In this document: one piece after another, positions 1 to 10,180 of the stretch
Layout: each line of letters starts with the position of its first letter
How positions within the stretch are numbered: the stretch's first letter is position 1
IMG/VR virus record: IMGVR_UViG_3300000439_000022
DNA from: an uncultured virus (IMG/VR IMGVR_UViG_3300000439_000022)
Taxonomy: Duplodnaviria > Heunggongvirae > Uroviricota > Caudoviricetes
DNA: 64,000 bases
Direction: 5' to 3' (one strand)
Translations under genes and position numbers: made by a program
The notes under the pieces: model-generated
Database searches by the model: none
Seen by the model: the letters and a program-made list of their open reading frames with translations, nothing else
What the model was told of the DNA's origin: nothing

Positions 1-35
1 GAAAGAAAAAAAACAAAAGGTTATAAATTTAGTTA

Positions 36-1064
36 TTAACCTTTTGTTTTCATTTTACCAGACACATATTGCAAAAGTTGTGATTTATCGTTTGCAACGG
101 TATCAGAGTAAACAGCATCCATAGCCAACTTCAATCCAAGACCAACTTTTTCGTTTTTAAAGCCCAGACTTTCCAGATCATTACCATTAATAGCTAATTG
201 TTTATATGATATCGGATATCTACCATCTTCGAAAAATGGTAATACGTTATCCAATTCGTTCAATATGAAATAACTATCAAACATTGTCGGCGCAATCTTA
301 TTTACACCAAAAACCATCCATTTATCCTCAAGGTCAGTTCTCACAGGTTTATCCATAACCAATTGTAAGGCTTTCATTTCAGCATGAGTCTTCAAATCAC
401 CTTTCATAACTTTCATGAAATAAGCTGCTGGGTCTTTTGTAATTGGTTGTAATAACCAATAAATAAATTCACTTAGTTTGTTGACATGATTAAATGGTTT
501 GAATGAGCCAAGAAACCTGCTATCAAAAATACCTTCATATAAACCAGACTTAACCAACAAAGTGACACCAACATAGGGTGAACCTTTATCTACAATCTTT
601 TGAAACTCTTCTATAACCCTTTCAAACGCTATTGTTTTGATTGAATCGGCGTTTTTTTGAATCATATCAAAAGTATGAGGCTCAATTGTGAATCCAAACC
701 TCGAAGCAAATTGAACCGATCTTAGCATTCTCAAAGGGTCATCAGCAAAAGCTTCAGGATTTGTTAAACGTATAGTTTTTGTTTTAATATCTTCAATACC
801 CTTGTATGGATCAATTAGATTACCTTCAGCATCCTTAGCTATTGAGTTGATAGTAAAATCACGCCTTTCAAGATCCTTTTCAATTGGTAGAGTATGGTCG
901 GAAGTCACATCAAATCCTTTATGACCAGCTAAATTTTTTATCTTAGTCGGCTTAATTGTTTTATTTAAAAAACTAATTATATTTTCTGGTTTATTGTAAA
1001 CAACTCCGTTAATGACATTGAAACCATTTAATTCTAATAGTTGTAATATTTTTTTCTTATCCAT
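36..1064 (-). CDS. cca: C-terminal part of a split class II CCA-adding enzyme (tRNA nucleotidyltransferase)
   Basis: GHKGF..DLERRDFTINS, DPYKGIEDI, DDPLRMLR and ERVIEEF motifs; lacks the GGAVRD/DxD motif, which lies in 2030..2800. Confidence 0.88.
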   Translation of the reverse strand: MDKKKILQLLELNGFNVINGVVYNKPENIISFLNKTIKPTKIKNLAGHKGFDVTSDHTLPIEKDLERRDFTINSIAKDAEGNLIDPYKGIEDIKTKTIRLTNPEAFADDPLRMLRSVQFASRFGFTIEPHTFDMIQKNADSIKTIAFERVIEEFQKIVDKGSPYVGVTLLVKSGLYEGIFDSRFLGSFKPFNHVNKLSEFIYWLLQPITKDPAAYFMKVMKGDLKTHAEMKALQLVMDKPVRTDLEDKWMVFGVNKIAPTMFDSYFILNELDNVLPFFEDGRYPISYKQLAINGNDLESLGFKNEKVGLGLKLAMDAVYSDTVANDKSQLLQYVSGKMKTKG

Positions 1065-2052
1065 ATATTTTTTTCAATTCGTTAATCTTTTCGTTTAAAT
1101 CATCTGATTCCCAAATAACAATCACTCGCCAACCATTTTGAATATAATCAGATATTCGTTTTTCATCCTTATCCCAAATTTGTTTAGCTGTCATTTTAAT
1201 AAAAGGGTGATAATAGTCACCATTATAAAATTTTGGATTACAATGCCAAAAATCACCATTTAGCTCAATAATAATTTTTTTCTCTAAATCAACCTCATCA
1301 CTTGTGTAATTGTTAACGACAGTTTGTTCCGATTCTGTTATTATATTGTTTTCGATTAACATTTGTTTTAACTTATCATGCCAATTTGAATGACCTGCCG
1401 TTTTATTACCATACGCAACAAACCCACCATATTTTTTTATTATTGTTTCAGCTCGTTTTAAATAAGATTGATTCTTTTCACAAGTAGCTAATCGTTTTTT
1501 AATGATTGCCCTTTTTTCTTCTTGTGTTTTTTCATCGTATATTTGTTTTCTTTTTTCAATAATTTGTGGATTATGTGAGGGGTTATTATACTTTAACATT
1601 TCAGATAATTTTTCTAACCTTGAAACATTAGTTGAAGCGACTTTAGCCGCTTTTTTTGCTAATGTTTGATTTTTAAAACCACCCATTCTTTCAATAAATT
1701 TTTCAGAGTAACGTGACCCTGTATTATTGAGTAAGGTTTGCTTACCCCTGTCAGTTACTTTCTTATTAAAATCATCTGGGTATATATTACTTAATGATTT
1801 TTTTAGCATTGGTAGCGACCCAGTACCAATATTATGATATTTTTTTTGTATGGATTTCAAACCAATACCGTTTCGAATCATATCTTTTATATCATCCAAT
1901 ATTCCAGGATTGTTATAATCAAAATACATCAGATATATATCCGCATTTTCGGATAATTTTAATTCGTGTATGTTATGGTAATGCCTACCAACACCTTTAG
2001 CTGTAGTTTCAAAATCACAAATGTGACATTTAACCTTTAAGTTCTCTTTCAT
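1057..2052 (-). CDS. Putative homing endonuclease with C2H2 Zn finger and C-terminal Vsr/DUF559-like PD-(D/E)xK domain, inserted within cca
   Basis: CHIC..H...H at the N-terminus; DE...IIIELNGDFWHCNP...WDKD..R...GWRVIVIWESD at the C-terminus; overlaps both cca halves. Confidence 0.8.
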   Translation of the reverse strand: MKENLKVKCHICDFETTAKGVGRHYHNIHELKLSENADIYLMYFDYNNPGILDDIKDMIRNGIGLKSIQKKYHNIGTGSLPMLKKSLSNIYPDDFNKKVTDRGKQTLLNNTGSRYSEKFIERMGGFKNQTLAKKAAKVASTNVSRLEKLSEMLKYNNPSHNPQIIEKRKQIYDEKTQEEKRAIIKKRLATCEKNQSYLKRAETIIKKYGGFVAYGNKTAGHSNWHDKLKQMLIENNIITESEQTVVNNYTSDEVDLEKKIIIELNGDFWHCNPKFYNGDYYHPFIKMTAKQIWDKDEKRISDYIQNGWRVIVIWESDDLNEKINELKKIYG

Positions 2053-2800
2053 TCATTGAATCGTTATATTCTATAAATATATCGTTTTGACCTAAAGTTA
2101 CCACGATCTGTTTTTTAGCCTTTTCAGTACGTGGTAAAGCAATATCAATTTCTTCACCACCTGGGGGTGTAAATTTGATAATACCAAATGATGCACCAAC
2201 AAGATCCACTTTACCGTATTTACTCAATATTGATTGTAGTTTATCTGAAGGTACACCAGTAATTAAAATATCAAGGTCTTTAGATGTTTTATTCAAGAAG
2301 GTATCTCGTACAGCACCGCCAACTTGATAGATTTTACCACCAGCTTTTGTTACATCCGATTTAAAGGGTAAATCGTTGATATCCACAATTTCTTTTAAAT
2401 TTTTTTTCATAGGTTGATCAGGTTGTCCCACTTCTTTAATTTGGCCTGTTAGTATAAATTTTTCTTCAATTGGTTGCCAATCAGTTATGTTATTTGACAT
2501 GAATGGTTTACCACCATCTTTTCTATTAACAGCTAATGTTACATGTGGTTGAGTATTTTTGGATTCAAACCCAGAAACACCAATTTCCATAACCATATCG
2601 GTCATACCTAAAGATTCAGCGGTAATAGATTGTTCTGTACCAAGCAAATCAAGTTTTTCCTTGGGTAAAGAACCCATAGTTATTGTCATATGGTGAGCAA
2701 TCCATTCCCAACCATCAGGCATCATTTGCTTATACTTTTCAGCCAATAGTTGTCTGGATTTATTATCCAAAATAATCCCTGTATATGATATATTTTTCAT
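2030..2800 (-). CDS. cca: 2H phosphodiesterase (tRNA-ligase CPDase-like) fused to the N-terminal part of the CCA-adding enzyme
   Basis: HHMT and PHVT 2H motifs, then VGGAVRD...KDLDIL and IDIALPRTE; homology ends at RTEK. Confidence 0.85.
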   Translation of the reverse strand: MKNISYTGIILDNKSRQLLAEKYKQMMPDGWEWIAHHMTITMGSLPKEKLDLLGTEQSITAESLGMTDMVMEIGVSGFESKNTQPHVTLAVNRKDGGKPFMSNNITDWQPIEEKFILTGQIKEVGQPDQPMKKNLKEIVDINDLPFKSDVTKAGGKIYQVGGAVRDTFLNKTSKDLDILITGVPSDKLQSILSKYGKVDLVGASFGIIKFTPPGGEEIDIALPRTEKAKKQIVVTLGQNDIFIEYNDSMNERELKG

Positions 2801-2881
2801 AAATTATAAATATGGGCAAAAATACACAATACTCTTCATTTTTACAATCATTTTTATATATTTATTTTAAATTAAAGTATT

Positions 2882-3172
2882 ATGGAAGACATATCACTAT
2901 TCAATAAGTGGGCTTTGAAATATAATTTGAAATGCGAAACGAATAAACAAACATTTCCGTTTAATACGTTTTACCCAGAATTTATAATAAACGATAAGAT
3001 ATATATCGATATTTATGAAGATTGGGAAATTTCTGAAGATTATTTCAACATTTGTGAAGCATTTAAAAATAGACATGGTATAATAATCATGATACCAATA
3101 GATGGTCTATCAGAATTGTTTAATTATGTAACACCAGAAGATATTGAAAATAAATTTGATATTAAATTTTAA
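2882..3172 (+). CDS. hypothetical protein
   Basis: ORF divergent from cca, ATATTTAT motif upstream. Confidence 0.55.
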   Translation: MEDISLFNKWALKYNLKCETNKQTFPFNTFYPEFIINDKIYIDIYEDWEISEDYFNICEAFKNRHGIIIMIPIDGLSELFNYVTPEDIENKFDIKF

Positions 3173-3585
3173 TGATTTACCTTAATACAACAAATAAGAC
3201 TTTCATGCGTAAATTTTTGCGTAGAAATCCTGACAGAAATAAATTCAATAACATATTTTCTGGTAACTATTATATTCTTAACATATATGAATTTCATATA
3301 TTAGTTGAATACACACAAAACAAATATGGGGAATTTTTGGGTTTTGAAACTCAAAAACTTAAATCATTAATCAAATTCATAGATAAACTATATTTTGTTT
3401 GTGGTATTGATTTTATCAATAATAGCTGGTCATTGGATTATATATTTTTTGATGCACCACTATCAAAAACATTTTTGATGAAGAAAACAGTTATGCATGA
3501 ACTGGATTATTTCTTCACAAATATAAAGATAGATAATATGAGATCAAATTCCTATAATATAACAATATTTAACCCTGAATGTTGA
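3172..3585 (+). CDS. hypothetical protein
   Basis: ORF coupled by TAATG overlap. Confidence 0.55.
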   Translation: MIYLNTTNKTFMRKFLRRNPDRNKFNNIFSGNYYILNIYEFHILVEYTQNKYGEFLGFETQKLKSLIKFIDKLYFVCGIDFINNSWSLDYIFFDAPLSKTFLMKKTVMHELDYFFTNIKIDNMRSNSYNITIFNPEC

Positions 3586-3821
3586 TTTAATCAAAATTTT
3601 TTACTATATTTGTTTTTTAAATCCAAAACCATGGAAAAAGAAACTATTAAAATTAAGTTAAAACAACTTAATATCACTGACGATACTATCAATTCAATTC
3701 ATGAATTTATTGTATCTTTGCAAATTAAAGATGAAGAAATTGAAAAGTTGCTTGCCCTAATTGAAAAAGTTGGGTTACAACACTATATTCGTGAATTTAT
3801 GAAAAAAAATATTAATCTATA

Positions 3822-4451
3822 ATGAGTTTTGACAATAATGAAAAAAAGCTGAGTATCTTCAGGAAGATATTTTTGTGGTGGAAGTTCGAAGGTAAATATT
3901 ACCATAAGGATTTATATCAAGGCATTAGAAATATTATACGTTGGTTCCCTGTAATTTGGAAAGATAGGGACTGGGATGACCATTATATATGGCAAGTAAT
4001 GATGACAAAATTAACATTCCAAGCTAAGTACATTCGTGAAAAGGGTTTACATGTTGATAATGTTCGTGATGCTGAAAAAATGGAGTTGTGTGTTAGATTG
4101 ATGAAGCTCATATCTGATGAATTTTATACTGGCGAATATATGGATTATCATAAATCAAAATTTCATTTTGATCCAGTGACCAAGGAAGAACTTGATGAAA
4201 TGTCTGAAGACAAAAGGAAATTGTATGAGGATTGTTCAACATTAAGGATTGAAGAGATATGGGAAAAGTATGATGATTACTTTAAAAAGTATCCACATGC
4301 CTATAAAGAAGTTACAAAGACAGATAAATATATCTTTGATAATAAATCCAAACAAACTATTGCTATGAATATGGGATATTATTTACACAATAAAGCAAGG
4401 CGTATTTTATTTACGCTATTAGAACGTAATATAGAAAGTTGGTGGGATTAG
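3822..4451 (+). CDS. hypothetical phage protein
   Basis: WKDRDWD and C-terminal WWD motifs; tight gene packing. Confidence 0.65.
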   Translation: MSFDNNEKKLSIFRKIFLWWKFEGKYYHKDLYQGIRNIIRWFPVIWKDRDWDDHYIWQVMMTKLTFQAKYIREKGLHVDNVRDAEKMELCVRLMKLISDEFYTGEYMDYHKSKFHFDPVTKEELDEMSEDKRKLYEDCSTLRIEEIWEKYDDYFKKYPHAYKEVTKTDKYIFDNKSKQTIAMNMGYYLHNKARRILFTLLERNIESWWD

Positions 4452-4911
4452 CATATGTCTTCAAAGATAAATAAGTACAAAGTTGGTGATAAAATAGAAT
4501 TCTATTTTCTGGATGTTCTAAAATGGGGTATTGTTAAAGAAATTAACACTAAGGATAATACTGTCAGCATAATTTCAACCAATAATATTATATATGTGGC
4601 TCATGCCACAGAAAAAGATTCAAAATTTTGTTTTTTGAAAAATAATTAATACTTTTGTAGTATTATGGAAAATGATTTATTTTTGATGTGTGAATGTCAC
4701 ACAGAATCTATGCAGGTTACATTTGAAGAAGAACATAACGAATATTGGTTTGCATATTGGGGTTATGGTTTTAATAATAAAAAATCTTCATTATGGCATC
4801 GAATCAAGAACGCTTATTTGTTATTAAAGACAGGTACGTTACATAAAGATTTCATCATACTTGACAAAGATAAAGCACAACAATTAGCTGACTATATTAA
4901 TAAAAATAACA

Positions 4912-5997
4912 ATGACAATACAAGAACTCAGGGATAATAATTTGATATTATTTGAATGTCTAAGCGGTAGCTATGCATATGGTACAAATAAACCATCAAG
5001 CGATATGGACTATCGTGGTGTTTTTATATTGCCTAAAGATAACATATACGGTTTTAATTATATTGACCAAGTCAACGATGAAACCAATGATATCACCTTT
5101 TATGAAATTGGTAAGTTTCTTGAATTACTTGAAACAAATAACCCCAATATCATCGAGATATTGAATATGCCTCCAGAGAACATTGTGTATAAACATGAAT
5201 TGTTTGACATTATTTTGAATAATAAATCTAAATTCATAACAAAAAAATGTAAAAACACATTTGGTGGTTATGCTTCAACACAAATAAAAAAAGCCAGGGG
5301 ATTGAATAAGAAAATTGTTAATCCTGTTGATAAGGAGCGTAAGTCCATATTAGATTTTTGCTATATTATTGATGGTTACAAGTCAAGACCTCTTAAAGAA
5401 TTTTTGGATAATAGCGGATACAACCAAGCTAAATGTGGATTGGTTAATGTTCCAAATGCCAGAGATGTTTATGCTTTGTTTTACGATGCTTATTCATCTA
5501 AGGAAGGTTCTGGTTTGGGTTATCGTGGGATTATGAATGAAGATGAAACCTCAAATGAGGTTAGACTTAGTTCAGTACCTCAAGGTGAAAAACCAGTGGC
5601 AACTATCATTTACAATAAAGATGGTTATTCTAAATACTGTAAAGACTATAAAGAATATTGGGATTGGGTAGAAAAACGTAATTCTGATAGATATGAAACA
5701 AATGCTTCACATGGCAAGAACTACGATTCAAAAAATATGATGCATTGTCTTAGACTTCTTAGAATGGCAAAGGAAATCGGATTAACTGGTCAAGTAAATG
5801 TTAAAAGGCATGATGTAGCTGATCTGATGTTAGTCAGAAATGGTGAAAAAGAATATGATGATCTTATTGTCGAAGCACAATCAATCATGGATTCTATGGA
5901 AAAAATATATGCCAATTCTAATTTACCTGAAGAGGTGGATCATAACTTTGTAAATAATATGTTAATCATAATCAGAACTTTGTTTTATGAGCGATAA
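4912..5997 (+). CDS. RlaP-like (Pol-beta superfamily) nucleotidyltransferase
   Basis: GSYAYGT...SDMDYRG, NPNIIE and YDSKNMMHCLRLL motifs. Confidence 0.8.
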   Translation: MTIQELRDNNLILFECLSGSYAYGTNKPSSDMDYRGVFILPKDNIYGFNYIDQVNDETNDITFYEIGKFLELLETNNPNIIEILNMPPENIVYKHELFDIILNNKSKFITKKCKNTFGGYASTQIKKARGLNKKIVNPVDKERKSILDFCYIIDGYKSRPLKEFLDNSGYNQAKCGLVNVPNARDVYALFYDAYSSKEGSGLGYRGIMNEDETSNEVRLSSVPQGEKPVATIIYNKDGYSKYCKDYKEYWDWVEKRNSDRYETNASHGKNYDSKNMMHCLRLLRMAKEIGLTGQVNVKRHDVADLMLVRNGEKEYDDLIVEAQSIMDSMEKIYANSNLPEEVDHNFVNNMLIIIRTLFYER

Positions 5998-6772
5998 AAC
6001 ATCTATAAAAAATGTTGATGCGTTTCAATACTTTTTCGAAAAATATACTCGTTTTACTCGTTCAAGTGGAAGTAATATAATTTCTAAAATAGTTAATTTA
6101 AATTTCTCAGAAATAGCAATGTTATATGAACTTAATAATAGCATGTTCAAAGATTATTTCGATCATACAGCATTGAAAATGTTTGCCAAGTATAGAGATA
6201 ATATTAATTTTAATGTTCAAATACAGAAAACCACATTATCAGTTTTTGAAATGACAATTTCAATTGATAACTTTGATAAAAATGATGTTGATGACATTGA
6301 AGAATTATACTCTGAATTTGGAGCCGAAAACTACCCAGCTTACCAATATAAAAATATTGTTGTAAAAGATGAAAATATCGATGGTATGTTTATTGTAAAT
6401 TCAGGTTTAGTTGAAGACTATAATAGTAATGATGGAACACTGGAATTGATATTTTATTAAATAAAATTATTATATGTTAACATTTAGAAAACCAAAGGAT
6501 GTTGATGAAGCTTTTGTGCTTCTCGAAAATAGTGGTTTAAAGGTATTATGGGATATTTGTAATCCCAATAATATTGAATTGAGTAAACAATATTTTGAAA
6601 TGTATAAGCCAATAGTGTTCATATATAAAAAAAACAAATTGGTTGGTGCTGCTCATGGTAAATTTGGTAATCCAGAGGTTATTGGGTTGGATGATGTACC
6701 TGAAACGAAAAAATATTCAAAAAGTGAATTAACCGAAATTGATTTAGCTATAAGACAAATTGAAATATTTTA

Positions 6773-6958
6773 ATGGAAAAATTTGAAAAAACAGAAAAAT
6801 TTACTATTTTTACATCTGAATTTCTTCTTGAAAGAGGATATTGTTGTGGTAATGGGTGCAAACATTGCCCATATGACTATAAAAATGTGCCAGAACCCAG
6901 GAAAAGTAAATTATTAGAAAAAAGAAACGAAAATGAAAAAAGAGAAGTTAGAGCTTAG
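6773..6958 (+). CDS. small Cys-rich protein (DUF5522-like)
   Basis: RGYCCGNGCKHCPY. Confidence 0.7.
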   Translation: MEKFEKTEKFTIFTSEFLLERGYCCGNGCKHCPYDYKNVPEPRKSKLLEKRNENEKREVRA

Positions 6959-7421
6959 AATGTATGGTCTTGTACCGTATAATATTAGTCCGATTCAGCA
7001 AGGTATTCAGTTTGGCCATGCTGTCGTTGAATATGGTTTAAAACACAATAATGAAGCCTATAAAGACTGGGCTAAGAACTGGAAAACATTCATCATACTA
7101 AACGGTGGAACCACAAATACTAAGGCTGATTTGGAAACTGGTTTACCTGTGGGATCGTTAAACAATCATTACTTGAACCTGCACAAGCTTGGAGTTAAGA
7201 CTGCCGTGTTTCATGAACCAGATCTTGGAGATCAGCTTACAGCGGTTGTTTTTTTACTTGATGAGCGTATATTTAATAGAGTGAAATATCCTGATTTCAT
7301 TGAGTGGGCTAAAAATCCAGATACAAAAATCGCAAGAACCCAAGAAAACTGGATAAAAATGATTGGAGGCAAAAACAATGTAAAAATAAGAGATTATATT
7401 TCAAAATTCAGATTAGCATGA
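6933..7421 (+). CDS. peptidyl-tRNA hydrolase 2-like protein
   Basis: QQGIQFGHA, IILNGG and FHEPDLGDQLTAV motifs. Confidence 0.6.
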   Translation: MKKEKLELRMYGLVPYNISPIQQGIQFGHAVVEYGLKHNNEAYKDWAKNWKTFIILNGGTTNTKADLETGLPVGSLNNHYLNLHKLGVKTAVFHEPDLGDQLTAVVFLLDERIFNRVKYPDFIEWAKNPDTKIARTQENWIKMIGGKNNVKIRDYISKFRLA

Positions 7422-8086
7422 AAAACGTATTAGCTTATAAGAAGGTCAACCAAGTTATCCTTAGCTGCGAAAATAAAGAGCAACTAAAATCAGCAAGTAA
7501 CATGGTCGTCAGTTTCTCTAAGCTATACGGTGATAGTGAATTAACAAAAGTTCTTTCAATATTATTAGAAAGAAAACTATATTTTATCGAAATGAAAACA
7601 AAACCTGTGGTATATTTTTTGGTGGGCCCTCCAGGTATTGGTAAGTCAACATACGTAAAAAACGTGTTGTTACCAAATGGGGATTACCATGTCGCTTCCA
7701 CAGATGATATATTAACAAAGAAAGGAAAAGAAATAGGTCTTAATTATAATCAAGCATTTGATCATTTTGACTTTAAGGATTTTAAGGATATTGAAAAGAT
7801 TTTCAGATTCGGAATTATGCGAGCCATAAACGAAAGACTTGATATTGTCATTGATAGAACAAACATGACATTAAAAGGTAGAAACAAATTACTTCGTCTT
7901 TTTCCTGATGATTATATCAAGATTGCCGTTGTTTTTGATTTTTCAAACGCTGAAAAATTAAAGGCTCAGCTTGCAAAACGTGAAAAAGAAGAAGGTAAAG
8001 TGATATCCGATTCTGTCATGTACAAAATGATAAAATCATACGTTGAACCAACAAATAAAGAATTTGATCAAATTATAAAATTATAA
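7418..8086 (+). CDS. P-loop kinase (AAA_33/polynucleotide kinase-like)
   Basis: GPPGIGKS Walker A, STDD, DRTN...R. Confidence 0.8.
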   Translation: MKNVLAYKKVNQVILSCENKEQLKSASNMVVSFSKLYGDSELTKVLSILLERKLYFIEMKTKPVVYFLVGPPGIGKSTYVKNVLLPNGDYHVASTDDILTKKGKEIGLNYNQAFDHFDFKDFKDIEKIFRFGIMRAINERLDIVIDRTNMTLKGRNKLLRLFPDDYIKIAVVFDFSNAEKLKAQLAKREKEEGKVISDSVMYKMIKSYVEPTNKEFDQIIKL

Positions 8087-8088
8087 AT

Positions 8089-8310
8089 ATGTCTTATAAA
8101 CTTGATAAAGTTAATACAAATGTAAAATATAAACATTTTAAAAAAATTATTTCGATGAATAATAATACTGGTGAATCAATCGATTTCAAAAAAGTAAAGG
8201 AAGCTGCGTCATATTATGGTGTAAGCGCCTCTTCAATTTATCAAATATTAAGTAAACAAAGAGAATATATTTATTCATCCAAAGGAAAAATTAATTTTAT
8301 ATATGAGTAA
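8089..8310 (+). CDS. small NUMOD1-like HTH protein
   Basis: F..VKEAASYYGVSASSI pattern. Confidence 0.5.
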   Translation: MSYKLDKVNTNVKYKHFKKIISMNNNTGESIDFKKVKEAASYYGVSASSIYQILSKQREYIYSSKGKINFIYE

Positions 8311-8752
8311 TAAATATCGCCTTTTTTTAGATGATTACAGAATTCCCTTGGATTGCATATCATATATGTACCAAAGGATTGGTAAAATGAATCCAATATA
8401 TCTTGAAAAGGATTGGGTTATTGTTAAAGATCATGATGCTTTTGTTAAGCATATAACAAAATATGGTTTACCTGAAATTGTGTCTTTTGATCATGACCTT
8501 GCTGATGAACATTATGCAACAGAAGCAAATTGGGATAATTATACTGAATGGGTAGAATCTCAGGAATTTAAAGAAAAAACTGGATATGATTGTGCGAAAT
8601 GGTTGATTGATTATTGTATGGAACATAATCAAAAGTTACCCTTTTTTATAGTGCATTCTATGAATCCATCTGGTACTGAAAACATATTGAGTTTATTAAC
8701 AAATTTTAAGAACTTTCAAGAAAGTGAAAACCAAACTACTCAGAAAGATTAG
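8303..8752 (+). CDS. cyclic-phosphate-processing receiver-like (cyREC) protein
   Basis: LFLDDYR, SFDHDL, TGYDCAKWL and HSMNP motifs. Confidence 0.75.
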   Translation: MSNKYRLFLDDYRIPLDCISYMYQRIGKMNPIYLEKDWVIVKDHDAFVKHITKYGLPEIVSFDHDLADEHYATEANWDNYTEWVESQEFKEKTGYDCAKWLIDYCMEHNQKLPFFIVHSMNPSGTENILSLLTNFKNFQESENQTTQKD

Positions 8753-8931
8753 AAATAGGTTTCATGTATCCTATTACCATGATCAATGGCATATCTATGA
8801 TTATAAACTCAAAGATATGTCCAGAAGACCTTATACAGGTTCAGCGGTAGTATTCATGGCTGTCAGATTAAAAATCTATAGTGTTTCCGAAATGACAAAA
8901 ACAAAAATTTGGTCACGAACATATAAATTAT

Positions 8932-9486
8932 ATGAAAAATATTACAAAGATCTTTTTTGATCTTGAATTTACTGGATTACATAAGAACACCACCCCAGTA
9001 TCAATTGGTATTGTAACTGATACTAATAAAAAATTCTATGCAGAATTTAATGATTATGATAAATCACAATGTGATGAATGGATCAATAAAAATGTTATAG
9101 ACAATTTACTATATAATGATTATTTTCATTATCTTCACAATGATGAGGAAAATGATACATTATACATAAAAAATGATTTTCAAACTATTAAACAAGCGTT
9201 AAAAGATTGGTTAAATCAATTTAAGCAAATTGAGTTTTGGGGTGATTGTGTTTTTTGGGATTGGTTTCTCATGGTTGATCTTATTATGGAAGGAAATACC
9301 ATGAGAAAACCGCCAAAAAACTTTACAACAGCGCAACCTTTTGATATATTTACATTATTAAAAACTAAGGGGATTAATCCCAAGGAAAAAAGGCATGTTT
9401 TGTTGGATATGGAGAAACCATTGAATCAACATAATTCACTTTATGATGCTGAGATAACTAAAAAGATTTATGAAAAATATGGGTAA
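8932..9486 (+). CDS. DEDDh 3'-5' exonuclease (Rv2179c/DUF5051-like)
   Basis: FFDLEFTG, SIG, DW and HNSLYDA motifs. Confidence 0.8.
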   Translation: MKNITKIFFDLEFTGLHKNTTPVSIGIVTDTNKKFYAEFNDYDKSQCDEWINKNVIDNLLYNDYFHYLHNDEENDTLYIKNDFQTIKQALKDWLNQFKQIEFWGDCVFWDWFLMVDLIMEGNTMRKPPKNFTTAQPFDIFTLLKTKGINPKEKRHVLLDMEKPLNQHNSLYDAEITKKIYEKYG

Positions 9487-10075
9487 TACACAAAGTGAGT
9501 TTGTTTTAGCTGGTAGAAAAACTGAAGAAAAATTTGTTAATGATTTCGAACAATACGGTGATTATAAAATATCAACGCCAACTCAAGATAGACATGAACA
9601 CTGGGATATTGAAGTAACCCCTTACGATGATTTTCCAAATGAATTAATTATCAAAGATAAAATTAAATATTATTTTGATATTAAATCCATAAAGTCATTT
9701 AATTTCTACGATAAAGGAACACATGAATATATTGATGGTAAAACAGATAAATATCAATATATTGAATGGACAAACCCAGTAGGTAAACCAGGTTATATAC
9801 ATAGTTCTGTAGATTATATAATATTTGAAACTGAAGAAAATTGGCTTTTCATCAAAACAGAAGTTTTAAGGGATTACGCAAGACCTTTCTTTACTGGAGA
9901 TATATGTATATTCGGAAATGTGTTACATGGCGTAAATAAAAGATCTGATGATAACCGCAAATTTAAATATTTCAGAAATCCAGACGGTTCTAAATTCACT
10001 AACAAAGAAGAGATAATGATTTTTAGAACAAGCGAACTTGAGCAAATAACAACATATAAATTGAAAAAAAAATAA
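9470..10075 (+). CDS. putative PD-(D/E)xK nuclease
   Basis: E..F, HWD and FDIKS motifs. Confidence 0.5.
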   Translation: MKNMGNTQSEFVLAGRKTEEKFVNDFEQYGDYKISTPTQDRHEHWDIEVTPYDDFPNELIIKDKIKYYFDIKSIKSFNFYDKGTHEYIDGKTDKYQYIEWTNPVGKPGYIHSSVDYIIFETEENWLFIKTEVLRDYARPFFTGDICIFGNVLHGVNKRSDDNRKFKYFRNPDGSKFTNKEEIMIFRTSELEQITTYKLKKK

Positions 10076-10078
10076 ACA

Positions 10079-10147
10079 ATGAAATTTAATAGTAACGAAA
10101 GAAATATCTGGTTTACATCAGATACACATTAATTTTTCATAAAAATC
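10079..10147 (+). pseudogene. truncated N-terminal copy of the metallophosphoesterase gene
   Basis: MKFNSNERNIWFTSDTH-stop, followed by out-of-frame TTT CAT AAA AAT (FHKN) matching SHKN of the downstream copy. Confidence 0.8.
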
Positions 10148-10180
10148 AGTATATTTATATGTGTATAAAACTATATAAAT

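Noticed and set aside
930..2120. Split intein joining the cca halves
   Set aside because: The extensions lack an initial Cys/Ser and a His-Asn end. The first extension reads through the endonuclease promoter.
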